From Azolla caroliniana (lineage: Eukaryota > Plantae > Polypodiophyta), in assembly GCA_043228905.1 (NCBI GenBank), contig JBHGNT010000009.1:4278001-4342000 (forward strand): a DNA stretch of 64,000 nucleotides. The letters are read 5' to 3'. Shown in pieces: positions 1-12,990 of this stretch (positions within the stretch are counted from its first letter, which is position 1; each line of letters begins with the position of its first letter). The notes under the pieces were generated by a model. That model worked only from the letters and a program-made list of their open reading frames with translations. It was not told where the DNA came from and did not search any database. Made by a program: the position numbers and the translations under genes.

Positions 1-435
1 ATGCGGGGACATATTTGTGAATATGTTTGCCAAGGGCCCTTGAGGCTATATTTGTAAATAGCCCGAAAGTCATATGTGTATAAATATGACTTAGGGCAAA
101 CAGTTTATGTTGTTGCTTATTTTTCTGTTTTCACTCAGAGAGAGTAAAGAGAGCAGCCGAGAGAGAGAGACGAAGAGGTCGTTGCCTCTGTGTATTGCCG
201 CCGCCTGTGGCGAAGACAGTGAGTTCAAGGTTGTTGCCTTGAAGCTTCACCATTGTACATCTCTGTTCATAGTGATAGTTGGAGTTTGAGGACTCCCGTG
301 GTTTTTTCCCATTTAGGGTTTTCCACGTAAAATATCCTGTGTACTCTTCTCTCTATTGTCTTCGTGTACTTTGTATTTCCTATTTTCTGTGAGTTGATCC
401 TATTCCTCGGTCGTGGCCGAGCACCGTGAGCAACA
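1..435 (+). mobile_element. Copia-family LTR (5' part outside window), ends ...GAGCAACA
   Basis: Shares blocks (GGCTATATTTGTAAATA, TATAAATATGACTTAGGGCAAAC, GGGTTTTCCACGT) with the LTRs at 26099-26743 and 38227-38773; the latter follows a Copia RNase H remnant. Confidence 0.75.
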
Positions 436-651
436 TTCGTCACCTCGCCACCACCGTCAGTATCTTGGTCTTACGTCGACCGCGTTGCCGACTGCCGAAG
501 TCTCTAGATCCGGTGTGAAGGATCCTCCGTAGACCGCCCATCTGTAGCCCTTGCCTTCGTCACCTCGCCGCCACCGTCAGTATCTTGGTCTTACGTCGAC
601 CGCGTTGCCGACTGCCGAAGTCTCTAGATCCGGTGTGAAGGATCCTCCGTA
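436..651. repeat. Direct duplication of ~96 bp, period 120 bp
   Basis: TTCGTCACCTCGCC...GATCCTCCGTAG occurs at 436 and 556. Confidence 0.85.
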
Positions 652-1565
652 GGCCTCTCTTGCCTTCTCGACCCTGTCCCGGGTCGTCCTTTTCCGCATG
701 CCGAGAGGGCGGTTTACTCCGCACCCTTTCCCGTGGTACCGACATACCGTGTCCTCGGCCTCTTCGTAGGCCTGCTCTCTTCCTCCCTCCTGGAATGGTC
801 ATCCGGGAGTCCGCTCCGCCCGGTTCTCGTCCGGGTCCGTTCGTCCTTCTCCGGATTGCTGAGTCCCGTTCTCCTGTCGCCACTGATCTCCCTTATAGGA
901 CTCACGCCGGCACTCGGGCCTGCAGCCGGATCGGTGTAAGGAATCCCATAGGACCGGCTTTCATTCTCTTTCCAAATCTCGACCTTTGCCCGGTCGGTCT
1001 TTCTCCCCATGTAAAAGAGGGCGGCTCGTCCCGCACCCCCTTCCGTATCGGCACCTTTATCCCGAATCCGGCCTCGATCGAACGATCCACGACCGGATTT
1101 TGCTCCATACGAATCGGAATGCCGATCCCCTCGTGCCGTGTTCGTCCTCGGCCTCCTCGCAGGCCGTTTCCCATCCGTCTTCGCTGGCATCGTGCCAGGA
1201 CTCCTCGGTACCGCCATCCATCTCCTCGGTCTTACATGGGCATACGGGCCAAATTGCTGAGTTCTCTGGAATCGGGTCCGTGGGCTTTCGTCCGCTCCTT
1301 CCCCATATCGTGTCGTCGGTGATTCTTGGTCTATCGTCGTCGCCTTCCTCCGCTTGAGACTCACGTGGGCACTCGGGCCCGACTGCCATCGTCTCGGGAG
1401 CAAGTGTGGGAAGACACAAAGAATCGCCCGTCCGTTTTACGCCCTTGTCCGTAGCCACCGACTCTTCGTGGTCGGCGGTCGTCTTCTTACCGATCGCGCA
1501 AGCCCCGTCTGGGCTTGCTTCCCCAATGACCGGGATCTTGGGCTGACACGCCCGAAACCGCTGTC

Positions 1566-2495
1566 CTAACGTTCCGATTCCGCGATCGGTATCTCGACCT
1601 CGTCCTTGGCCGTTCTATCTCTGCAAGTCGAGAGGGCGTTTCGTTCCGCACCCTCTCCCGTGGTACCGTCGTACCGATCTTCCGCCGTCGCGTGGGGCAA
1701 GTCCGTCTTCTCAGTCTCGGCTTGCGGCCTCCGTCTTTCCACCTCCTCGAGCATCGCCTCGAGAGCTGCATACGCCTCCGCAATCTTGGCCCCAACACCA
1801 ACCCTTGCCAACTCTCCCTGCCGTTCGGCCTCTTCCCACTGTGATGGCACGCCGTCGCGTCCCTTCCTCTTAGCCTTCTCGGCTCGCTCTTTGTCTAGCC
1901 GTTGGCACACCCTTCCGACCTTCGACCAGTCCTCCATAAGTCCATTCGCTCCGTCATCGTCTTCGAGCTCAATACCGATGGCTTCCCGTTCCGCTCGGTC
2001 GATCGACCTGACGAACAAAAGGACTTTGTCTGCCCCCACCAAACCTTGTTCCCGCTCTGATAGCCGAGCAAGCCATCGCTCGAACTCTCGGAACGCCTTC
2101 GTCGCGCCCTGGTGGGTCTTTGCCGATGCTATCCACTGGTCGAAGTCGTGCCGTCCCCGGCTCTTCCACCGTCCTCCGTATGCCTTCAGGAATGCCTCTT
2201 CGAAGGCCTCCCACGAACTATGAGCCTCACGGAGCTCCTTTACTTCCGCATGCATCCGGATAGCTACGACCCGGCAGAAGAACTCCAGCCTCAACACCTC
2301 GTCTACGCCACGCTCCTCCATTTCCGCGTTGTAGGCTTCCAAGTAAGATGGGACTTTGTCCCCGTTGAAACGGCCGACTCTTTCGACCACTCGCTCAACC
2401 GCTTGTTGCGCTGCTTCTCGCCTCATCACCACTCGTGCCGACTCCAACACCACTTCGGCCACCATCTCCGCAAGGTCGTCGTCTTCCGACTCCAT
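1566..2495 (-). CDS. Gypsy gag-like protein (probably degenerate)
   Basis: 309-aa ORF starting just downstream of the PBS; RFNGDKVPSYLEAY...WEAFEEAFLKAY resembles a retrotransposon capsid region. Confidence 0.65.
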   Translation of the reverse strand: MESEDDDLAEMVAEVVLESARVVMRREAAQQAVERVVERVGRFNGDKVPSYLEAYNAEMEERGVDEVLRLEFFCRVVAIRMHAEVKELREAHSSWEAFEEAFLKAYGGRWKSRGRHDFDQWIASAKTHQGATKAFREFERWLARLSEREQGLVGADKVLLFVRSIDRAEREAIGIELEDDDGANGLMEDWSKVGRVCQRLDKERAEKAKRKGRDGVPSQWEEAERQGELARVGVGAKIAEAYAALEAMLEEVERRRPQAETEKTDLPHATAEDRYDGTTGEGAERNALSTCRDRTAKDEVEIPIAESER

Positions 2496-2511
2496 CCTCC
2501 CTTGCCGCCTT

Positions 2512-2528
2512 TCACGTCAGGTTCACCA
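2512..2528 (-). promoter_or_regulatory. Primer binding site complementary to tRNA-Trp 3' end
   Basis: Minus strand reads LTR...CGACA-TATT-TGGTGAACCTGACGTGA; plant tRNA-Trp ends ...TCACGTCGGGTTCACCA (from memory; one mismatch). Confidence 0.7.
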
Positions 2529-3102
2529 AATATGTCGCGTTATTACGCGCGTGCGTGTAGAAGGGCGGGACCACAGGGGTCTTGGACTAGGGAGTGGAGG
2601 AGAAAGATTAGCTCAAGAGGAGAAGAGAACGAATATGATATTATGATAGAAGAAGAAGATGCAATCAAGATACTCAACAAGAAGTTCTATTAAGAAATGA
2701 ATGATTACAACAAATGGTGGCCGCCATGGCCGCACCAAACGACTATATGAAAAACCCTAAAGGAAAACCCAAGAAGAAAACCGTAACCGAAACCCTAACC
2801 CTAAAATGAAATGGGAAGAAGTAGAACCCTCGACTAAGTGGTATACCTTACTTACACAAAATAGGCAACCCCTCCACAAAGGGCGATCCCTTCCTTTTAT
2901 AGAACAAGGAGAGGGATGCGTTACAATGTGGGACAAATCCCGACTTTCATGGGATCGTTTGTCCCGACTTGGCTATTCTTCGGCGCCATAAAGGTGCCCT
3001 CGATATTCACACTAAATGTACATGGGTGCGTACACATGCTGCACCCCGCCGATGTAGCCAATGTTTCCCGGTTTTCGCCTCTGGCCGAAATTCTTCACGA
3101 CA

Positions 3103-5341
3103 ACGTGCCTCAAGAGCACATTGAGATTGTCGAAGTTCGGTCATCTGTTGCGCGGTGAAACTAAGGTATTGGGTTATTTGCGAAAAATACATCTCAATGG
3201 ACATTTGTCCAGGAGGATTCCCTTGAGTTCTTTCCGCTTGAGCAGATGACATTGGGTCGTTATTTTGAGCCATTAAATGATTATTTCTGGAAAAGAAATA
3301 GGATAAGGTCAGAGAGATAGTCATAGCATAATGTTGTGATGTAAACATATCATGGGTGAACATTAATCGATATCATTATCTCACGTCAATACCCGTCTAG
3401 ATGTATGAGATGAGGTTCAAGATCAGGTTACTATGGTAACACAAAGGTGTTTTAAAAACCATGCTGGCTCCCCGAGGCTCAACCATGTATGTTCGCGTCA
3501 TGAATAGTTTATACACGAAAAAAATGTTAACAATAAACTATGTTTCTGTGCCCACATATGTGGTTTCGGCTCTTTAAGTCCTATTACGAGGACCCCGAAG
3601 TGCACTTAGACCTCAAGTCTAAACATGTGTTATAGTCATATGTATCAACAATGTTGTATGGTCTTCGTCATATTTGAACTCGAGACCTCGAGAACAAATA
3701 CATTAAACAGTTGAGCCAACCAAGTAGGTTGCTCTTCTTGAATGTTTAATGTTTCATGCGTATAAGAGATATGCAAGGCATTTGCCCATATATGTTTTTT
3801 TAAAAGAAACATATATGTCAAGAGTCCTTATTTCGCCCTCATTTACTACAAAATATGTTGGTACGTTACCTAACCTCAAGTCTTGTAATTACGATGGCAT
3901 ACGCCAAAATGCAACCTAATGGTCAAGCCAAATGAGCCCTCTTTTCGTAGTAGGCCCACATGGCCCATCACATGGTCATGTCATTACGAATGCCTCTCGT
4001 AAGAATGATCTCATGGTGGCATCGTATCCATGTAATGAGGGAGGGATGTTGTATACATGTGTCATAGGAGCGACCTCACATGAAGTGGGTCAAGCCCTAC
4101 GTACTCAACATCATTATGGCTATAGGCGTTTCTTTACGTAAGGAAATATCAAAGTCACCAACGACGATTTCAACAATAAAAATTGTTGAAAAAAGGGATG
4201 GTGACAACGCTATTCTCACAAAAATGTGAGGATGGCCACCAAGATCCTTTCCCTGAAAAGGAAAACATTCGATTTAAAATCACGTAATAACTTATATACA
4301 CATATGTATATTATCACGTATATACGATCAACTACATATACACGTGACCGCATATGCCTATATTAAACAAATCGTTATATTTAATAGCCAAAAATGACGT
4401 AATCGAGATATGTAATCGAGGCATATACCTCTACGCACACGAGACATCCAAAAATAAGGGTTGAGGTATTGACCTCTTACGCATACGAAACCAAATGCAT
4501 ATCATTTACAACGAATCGAGGTATTGACCTCATACGCAAACGTAACATAGGTTTGTGAATGTAGTACGCAATTGAGGTATTAACCTTGTGCGCATACGAC
4601 ACTCATCACATATTCAATATACGTCAAATGAGGTATTGACCTCGTACACATATGTAAACTTTTATATAACCAATTAATTACCACTACAACATCATTGAAT
4701 CTATAAAAAAAAATTACATATTAACTATACACATGATTAAATTGGGAGAAGAAAGAATAGAAAAAACAAGAAAGATTACCGAAGTTCCTTTGTTGATCCT
4801 TGTCTGCATGAAGGCCGACCGCACGTAGATCGATCGCCATCAATCAAGAACACAAAACACAACAAAAGAAACATTAGAAAATGAGCTATGATACCAACTG
4901 TTAGAGACATAGACTAATGTAAGCTTGAGATAAGGATAGAAAGGAGAGAGAGAGACAGAGAAGGGTGTCGATCCACCTAACCACCCTCGAGCGAAGGGAT
5001 CGAGACGGACTCGAGCCTCGATCGGTGTCCCATACCACCACCATGGCGTCGAGTCGTACCTAGTGTTGGCGTGCTCGCTACAAGAGTTGACCCACCACAA
5101 GACAGAGTCTCGACGTAGTCAACAAGATAATGAAATGAGGGTAGCTAGGCCTCTTATTTATAGCGATACCCAAGGTCCCCAGGCAAGTTCACACTTGGCC
5201 TAATGGGTTGTCTCAATCCCGAGGATTTAAAAGTAATCCTCCCCTTCTTTACACTCTTGTTTAACCCTCACACTTATCCACATGTATAGAATACTACGGT
5301 AATTTCTCACCACGGGATATTATATGGTCATGCCCGTAACA
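3103..5341 (-). mobile_element. tRNA-iMet-primed LTR element fragment: LTR 4899-5341, PBS 4885-4896, long leader, probable gag N-terminus near 3270
   Basis: LTR reads TGTTA...TAACA; PBS TGGTATCATAGC lies 2 nt from the LTR; the ORF MAQNNDPMSSAQ... is cut by the Gypsy LTR at 3102. Confidence 0.6.
4415..4655. repeat. Tandem ~50-bp repeats (GAGGTATTGACCTCNTACGCA core, about 5 copies) in the LTR element leader
   Basis: Core motif recurs at about 4418, 4463, 4518, 4574 and 4630. Confidence 0.7.
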
Positions 5342-8300
5342 CCCAGAGCTCACATCCCGAAGTTGATGGAGCTGCTAAAACAGAAGGTGGATATGGGCAT
5401 CCTCGAACCTTCCAGTGCCCCGTATTCTAATCGGTGGTTTATTGTGCCCAAGAAGAACGGCACGTTGCGCTTCATTCAGGACCTGCAGCCGGTCAACAAG
5501 GTGACCATTCGGAACGTAGGAATCAGACCGACCATAGACGAGTTCGCGGAGGCCTTCGCCGGAAGGTCAATTCACTCGGTCGGTGATCTGTACTCGGGAT
5601 ACAATCAGTTCCAGCTAGCCGTGGAGAGCAGGGACATTTTGACGATGGTACGGATGTGTACCCTTCCGCAAGGAGGGACGAACTCAGTAGCCCACATGGT
5701 GAACGCGATGAACAAGGTGCTAAGGGATTGTATCCCGGACATTGTCATGATGTTCTGTGTCCAAATGGGAGAAATTGTGAAATAGTGTGGCTCCACACAC
5801 ATTATACACATGATTATTAAATATGAAAATTAACCTAGGGTTTGATGACATTCAAGTGCATATAGAAGGGTGCAAGCAAAATTTGAACCTTGCACTTCTA
5901 AGATAGGAAGCAATTATCTTACCACTAAAGCTACTACTAAGTGCTTTAGATTTTGTATATTTCCTTCTCATATTTAGTATTCCATAGGAAACAAACATAC
6001 AAAACCGTGTACACAAAACTATGGTTTTAGCCTATGGTTTTTTGCATGCCACAAGGAAAACCGTGTGCCCGAAAACCATGGGTTCAAGCCCATGGTTTTG
6101 TGCATGTTAGAAGGATAGATAAACCTATAAAAACCCTCGTAAGGCTTGTGTAAAGGGCGGGGGATCAATCAATGGATGAATCAAACAATCTATGTATCAA
6201 ATCGAAAATTAATAATAAGAAAACTTAGTTATCTTATTGGTGATGTGTATCTATCTACATACCTATCTATCTTAAAAACTTCCTCAAATTTTGTTTCTCT
6301 TTCTCTCTCACTCACTCTAACCACATTAGTGCGTCACTTCAGCCGCCCATCATCCATAACCACTAGCGGATAGAGGTCCGGTGCTTCTCCGCGCTTGTGA
6401 CGCGCACATTCCGACGTTTGGCACGTGTGTCACGCCCCACGCGACAACGTCACCATGCCGTTCTTAGACGACATCCCGATCAAAGGATGCCCGGTGGAGG
6501 ATAAGGATGAGACAATCGGACCGAACAGATGCTGGAAATTTGTGGCGGACCACGTCGATGACTACGAGAAGGTGCTACGAAGACTAGAAAGCGCGAGGCT
6601 CACCTTCTCCGGGGAAAAATCGGCCTTTGGGCAATCGGAGATCATGGTCGTCGGACAGCTATGCGGGCCATTTGGTCGGAAACCGTCGTTGGCCAAGGTA
6701 GAGGCCATCTCCGCGATGAAGCGCGACTGCAACTCGGTCACGGAAGTCCGGAGATTCTTGGGAGCATGCGCGTTCTACCATATCTGGATCCCGCATTACG
6801 CCCACGTCGCGGAGCTGCTCTATGGACTGCTAAAGAAAGGGCGTAAATTCGAGTGGAGAGAGGAGCATACGGTGTCGGTCCGGAAAATGAAAGAAGCACT
6901 TGTTGCGGTACCGGCACTCCGGAAAGTGATCTACGGTAAAGACATTCCAATTTACGTGACCGTAGACATGAGTCCGACCGGAATCGGATGGGTGATCAAC
7001 TAGGAGGATGAGAACGGCACGAGGTTCCCCATTCGGTTCAGTGCGAAAGTCCTCAGTGAACGACAGCGAGGGTACTCCCATGCTAAACGTGAACTTTGGG
7101 GTATCGTTTCGGTGGTCAAGGCCGACGAAGACTACCTAATCGGGACAGAGTAATAATTGAGATGGACTGCTTGCCGATTCTCGGTATGGTTTTCGGATAC
7201 ACGACGCCGGAACTGGCAATGCTCAGGTGGAAAGCGTACATCAAGTCCCTGAATCCGGAAATACGACACATTTCTGGAAAAGACAATGCCATGGCCGACA
7301 TGCTTTCAAGGGCGAGATTCGATGATGAGGATGGCATGGTTTCGGAGGATGAAGAAGTCGGTGTGAACTTCTTCGAGTCGGCTTACGTAACAACAAGGAA
7401 GGGGAGCATTCCGGCGCTTATCGAGTTCGACGAGAGCAAGTACGGCGGGGAGTGGCTCCGGATCGGTGGGTTCCTGAAGACAATGACACCGGACGTGGCG
7501 TGGACGAAGGAAGAGACCAACCGGATTCGGAAGAAAGCGTACCAATTCTTCCTACGAGATGGGTGCATTTGGAAACACCCGAAGAAGAGAAACAACGTTC
7601 CGCTCTAGGTGGTGGCGAAGAAAGAGGAATAGGAGGAATTGTTGGCGGCGTAGCACAAAAGTCCCTGGGATGGGCACCGCGAGACGTGGGCCACATTTGA
7701 GAATCTGAAGGGGAAGTACTGGTGGCCGAGATTATACCGGGACGTGCATCGGTTCGTGACGGCTTGCGAAAGCTGTCAGATGCACTCCATAGTCTGACAT
7801 CGGGACGAGCTCCACCCGACCTACTCTCCGACCGTCCACTTCAAGTGGATGGTGGATCTGGTTACCATGCCGATGGGGGTAGGGCAGATGCGATATCTGG
7901 TGTTGGCTCGTGAAGACCTAACGAACCAGGTGGAAGGTCTAGCATTGCCGAACAAAACAACCGTAGCCGTGTGTTGATTTCTGATCGAAGAAGTGGTATG
8001 CCAGTACGGGTGCGTAGGAAAGATCGTAGTCGACCGCGGAGAATTGGATGCACAAGAGGCTGAGGAGCTGTTTGACCGGCTAGGGGTTAAACTCTCGCTC
8101 ACCACGACGTACAATCCGGAGGCGAACGGGAAGGTGCGACGCAAACACGGGCCGATCGTCAAAGCGTTAGTTCGGGCATGTGGATGCCAAGTCGGGAACT
8201 GGCCGCGGCTCTTACCCTATGCGTTGTGGGCCAACCGAACTATGCACAGTTCGGTAACCGGGTTCATGCCGGCGAAGCTGATGTATGGGTAGAAGCCGGT

Positions 8301-8790
8301 CATGCCAATGGAGCGAACGATCTCCTCATGGGCCACGGTGGACTGGAGAAACGAGATGAGCTGGGAGGAGCTGTTAGCGGCGCAAATCCGACAGCTCGAG
8401 CGAAGCCCAGAGGATGTAGAACGAGCTGCGGAAAAGCTGCGGGCCGCAAGAGTAAAGAACAAGGGATGATTCAACCGGACTCACCGACTAAGGCCGAAGA
8501 AAATCGAGGAAGGCGACTAGGTTCTGGTATATGACAACAGCCTCGATAACCAGCACAAGGCGATGCGAAAGTTCGCAAGGAGGTGGTTCGAGCCTTACGT
8601 GGTGACAAGCGCCAACGACAACAGGACCTACCATCTCGCGGAGCTTGACGGGACGAGGATGGAGGTACTGGTAGCGGGAAAAAGGGTCAAAGCGTTCAAA
8701 AAGCAGCACGAGGATGAACCGGACCCGGACGACTTGGATAGCGAGGACGACCGGTTCGGAGCGAATGGCGATCCGGAGGACAAAGGGTAA
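5342..8790 (+). pseudogene. Gypsy pol (RT-RNaseH-integrase), disrupted; non-chromovirus
   Basis: RT motifs PKKNGTLRFIQDLQPVN, LPQGGTNS, PFLDD; RNase H HISGKDNAMADMLSR; integrase VVDRGE, YNPEANG; many stops and frameshifts; interrupted by a solo LTR at 5743-6446. Confidence 0.9.
5743..6446. mobile_element. Solo LTR inserted in RT, 4-bp TSD ACAT/ACGT
   Basis: TGTC...GACA termini; the RT frame DCIPD|TMPFLDD resumes after removal. Confidence 0.8.
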
Positions 8791-8862
8791 GCGCGGGCCA
8801 GTCTTCTCCGGCAAGAGTCTATTAGGCGCATACTGGTGGATGCGTGGTCAGTTGGGGGTGGA

Positions 8863-9531
8863 TGTCGTGGAGAAAACCGTCCCTAGGCGGAATCAGAGAA
8901 TAATGTGCGCGAACTGGCCCTTATACGTAGGCACAAGTTTTGTTGTAATATATATATTTAGGTACAAGTCGGCAGATGTGAATATCCTAGGTAGCACGCA
9001 CTTGTTAGGTAGAAAATCGAGGCGTATCTCTGTCCGAAAGGACAAAGAGTAAAGATGATGTAATGGGTTGTGACGGCCTCCCTCCTTAGTCTATAAAAGA
9101 GAGGGAGAGGAATCGTAATGGGGATCGCTTTTGTCGAGGACGAAGTGCTGTCGGACTGGGACCGAGCTCTTCTCCTTTGTCTTTCTCTGTATTTGCTCTG
9201 TGTAGGTTTTCGGGAGGCTAACTCTCCTCCGCGGAACACTCGAGTGCTTCTGGCCGAGTCTCCATCTCGTGTCTGTGTGCGTGTGTGCATGCAGGTGTCA
9301 GAGATTGTCGCTCACCAGCCCACCGATTGTAACCCCTGTCATCTTCTATATATATATATATATACACATACGCACATTCATCTTGTCTCAATCGGTTGCG
9401 GTTTCTGTGTATTGGTGTGTGTGCGATGCGCGACCGTTGTCTTTCTTGCTCCCCTCCTGCTCTCTTCTTCCGCGGTCCAAGACCCCCATGGTCCCGCCTT
9501 GCTCTACACGCACGCGCGTAATAACACGACA
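8863..9531 (+). mobile_element. 3' LTR of the Gypsy element, preceded by PPT GGGGGTGGA
   Basis: TGTCGTG...CACGACA termini; the U5 end matches the reverse complement of 2533-2590. Confidence 0.85.
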
Positions 9532-12500
9532 TCGTCGCCCACATTCTCTTGGTTCCATTGTCGGACCATGAGGTAATTTCACATTGGAGGTTTGGCTTTC
9601 GTTTAACTCTAGTTCCATTCAGTCTGTTGCTTTACTTGATTCTGGGGCATCTTCTTGCTTCATCGACATCGTGTTTGCCCAAGCACATGGCGTACATTTC
9701 GTTAGCCTCTCAAAACTTGTTCCCGTTGAGGCCATCGACGGGTGCGTCCTCTCGTCAGGTGCAATTACTCAAGCTACAATCTCATTAGGGCTTTGTGTGG
9801 CCTCACACCAGGAGGAGCTCGCCTTTTACCTCATCGCATCTCCTCGACATCTGATCGTCTTAGGACTAACATGGTTGGAGATGCACAATCCAATAGTGGA
9901 TTGGTGCAACCGCTCGATCACATTTAGAAAGCCACGATGCTCGTGGAAAAGTATGAAGGTAAATTCAGTTTCCCATCCTTCAGAGAAGGTCGATTTCGAT
10001 TTGACTACCCCATCATCGGTCCAAGATGGGTCTGTTTTTGGCGCCATTTCTAACACACTCCATGTTATTCCCGACAAATACCAACACTTCTCCGACATAT
10101 TTGAAAAATGTAATGCTGATCGTTTGCCTAAACACCGGCTCTACGACTATCCGATTGATCTTCAAGAAGGTGCGTGTCCACCCTTTGGTCCTCTATGTGC
10201 GTTGTTTGCACCAGAGTTGAGGGCCCTTCGTGTGTATCTCGATGAGAACCTCGAGATAGGATTTATTCACCTTCTAAGTCACCAGCCGGGGCCCCCATTA
10301 TATTTGTGAAGAAGAAGGATGGCTCTCTACACTTATGCGTCGAGTACCGAGGTCTCAACAAACTCACTATGCGCAACCGCTATCTGCTACCTCTAATCCC
10401 TGAACTCCTTGATCGGCTCCGAGTTGCGCGTGTCTTCTCCAAAGTTGATCTGCATGGAGCATACAATCTAGTATGCATCAAGCCAGGGCATGAATGGAAA
10501 ACTGCATTTCGAACATAGTATGGCCATTTCGAATACAAGGTAATGCCTTTTGGTCTTACTAACACTCCAATAGTTTTTCAACATATGATGAACGATATAT
10601 TCCGGGAATATCTTGATCATTTTGTTGTCATTTACCTCGATGATATTCTCATTTTCTTGCCAAACATGGAGGAGCACACTCGCCAAGTCCGATTAGTTCT
10701 TGCCAAACTTCGCGAGCATGGCCTTTATGCCAAAGGAGAGAAATGCGAGTTCGATCGTACCTCGATCGAATTTCTGGGCTACATCATCTCTCCCACTGGC
10801 ATCGCCATGGATATGAAGAAGGTCTCTGTCATTCAAGCCTGGGTGACTCCAAGGCGACTTAAAGATGTGAAATCCTTCCTCGGCTTCACGAATTTTTACC
10901 GTCGCTCCATCAAGGGGTTTTCCACCCTAGCACAACCTCTTATCGCTCTCACCCGTAAAGGCACTCCATTTTTATGGACCTCGGAGGCGCAAAATACGTT
11001 CGACTCACTCAAATATGCATTCATCACTGCCCCGGTGCTGCTACATACCGACCCCACAAAACCCTTCCAAGTCGAAACCGATGCCTCTGACTTCGCCATT
11101 GGTGCCATCTTATCCCAGGCAGACGACACCAACCTAATGCACCCAGTGGCTTACTACTCCCTGAAATTCACGGCATCCGAAATCAATTATCCCATATACG
11201 ACAAGGAGCTTGTTGCTATCATTGCTGCATTTGAAGGATGGCGACCCTACTTGGCCGGCGCACAACATCGTGTCTAGGTAGTGACTGATCATAAAAATTT
11301 AGTTTATTTTTCCACCACTCGTACTTTGAATCGAAGGCATGTCCGTTGGTTGACCTTTCTCGCCAACTACGAGTTTGAGATCGTATTTCGATCTGGTGAC
11401 CAACATGGGAAGGCCGATGCCCTTTCTCGCCAAGCTGACCTTACACTCCGCCCTGGGGATGCTGCTTATGCTCAACAATCTAGACGTTTGTTGAAACCCG
11501 ACCAATTGCATCTTTTTGCCACTTGTATGTTGCAGGATGATTCATTACTCCAACAGATCACTGATGCATCCAAGACCGATGCATTCGCCAATGAGATTCG
11601 AGATAGTTTGCAAAAACCCTCCAAGGCAACCAAAAGGAAGGATCTTGACACCTTAACCATACAAGAGGGTTTGTTGTTCCGAGATCATCTCTTATACGTC
11701 CCAGAGGGCCCATGTCGCACCCGGGTGTTGCAGGAATGCCACGATGACCCACTTGCAGGTCATTTCGGGGTCGCGAAAACCCTCGAGCTAATCTCTCGGG
11801 GGTATTGGTGGCCACAACCATGGAAGCTGGTCAAAGAATACATAAAGAGTTGTGAGGTTTGTGCTCGCTCCAAAGCCATTCATCATTGGCCATACGGCTT
11901 ACTATAGCCGCTTCCATGTCCTCGTCGTCCCTGGTCCTCTATCTCTAGGGACCTGATAACTGATCTACCCTTGGTCAATAGCTATGACTCGGTGTTGGTC
12001 GTTGTCGATCGGTTTACGAAGATGGCTCACTTCACTCCATGCTCCAAAACCATTTCCGGAGATCGAATGGGGCATCTACTACTCAACAATGTGGTAGGCT
12101 TGCATGGACTACCCGATGATGTCATCTCTGATCGTGGACCCCAATTTGTCTCTTACTTCTAGCAGCGCCTGCTACAAACTTTAGGCATCTCTGTCAAGTT
12201 GTCATCCGCTTATCACCCCCAAACTGACAGGCAAACGGAGTGTGTCAACCAAATCCTTGAGCAGTATCTTCGGTGCTCTATTAGTTACCAACAAGATGAT
12301 TGGGTCAACTTACTTTCGCTTGTAGAATTCACCTACAATAAATCTCTCCATGCATCGACTGGCGTCACTCCCTTGTTTGCCAACTATGGTTTACATCCTC
12401 GCTTCAACATTTCCCTTCCTACCACTTCTGTGAACCCTTCCGCGGAGGATCGCGCCCGCATTTTGGAAGAACTACATCATGATTTATCCTTGGAGCTTAG

Positions 12501-12990
12501 TCTTGCTAGTGAACGATACAAGAAGCAGGCTGATCGCCATCGATCTGCCACTCCACACTTTGTCGTTGGAGACATGGTCTGGTTGTTACGTCGACACATC
12601 TCTACTACTCGTCCATGTGCGAAACTTGATTACAAGAAGTTGGGACCATTCCGTATCATCGAGTGCATCAATCCCGTTGCCTTCCGGCTCGCCCTTCCAT
12701 CCCACTTCCGAATTCATGATGTTTTTCATGTCTCCCTCCTCGAACCCCATCATGCTTCACAACTCCCACGACGTCAGGCCCCACCACCACCACCTGTGCA
12801 ATTGACGACAGGGGAGGAATACGAGGTCGACCAAATCCTTGACTCGGGTTGGCACCGTCGACACTTGCAATACCTTGGCCTATGGAGGGGTTACCCCATG
12901 TTTGAGGCCACGTGGGAACCATCGAAAAATTTACCAAATGCCCCAAAGGTCGTCCAAGATTTTCATCACCGATATCCCCACAAACCAGTG
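9532..12990 (+). pseudogene. Tcn1-like chromovirus pol (PR-RT-RH-INT-chromodomain), no LTRs retained
   Basis: LLDSGA protease, YLDD RT, ETDASDFAIG RNase H, HDDPLAGHFG/SDRGPQF integrase and EEYEVDQILD...ATWEP chromodomain; contains stops and frameshifts. Confidence 0.92.

Larger units (their letters stand above)
436..3102 (-). mobile_element. Non-chromovirus Ty3/Gypsy element, 5' part (5' LTR 2533-3102, PBS, gag)
   Basis: LTR reads TGTCG...CGACA and is related to 8863-9531; PBS is adjacent and a gag-like ORF follows. Confidence 0.8.

Noticed and set aside
560-2693. Many overlapping long ORFs on both strands (also 41388-42931 and 24354-24983)
   Set aside because: Expected in GC-rich retroelement or repeat DNA; no recognisable domains except the gag ORF.
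3670-3718. Further tRNA-like A/B box pair on the minus strand
   Set aside because: Spacing is shorter (~38 nt) and the B box is weak; could be chance or a SINE remnant.
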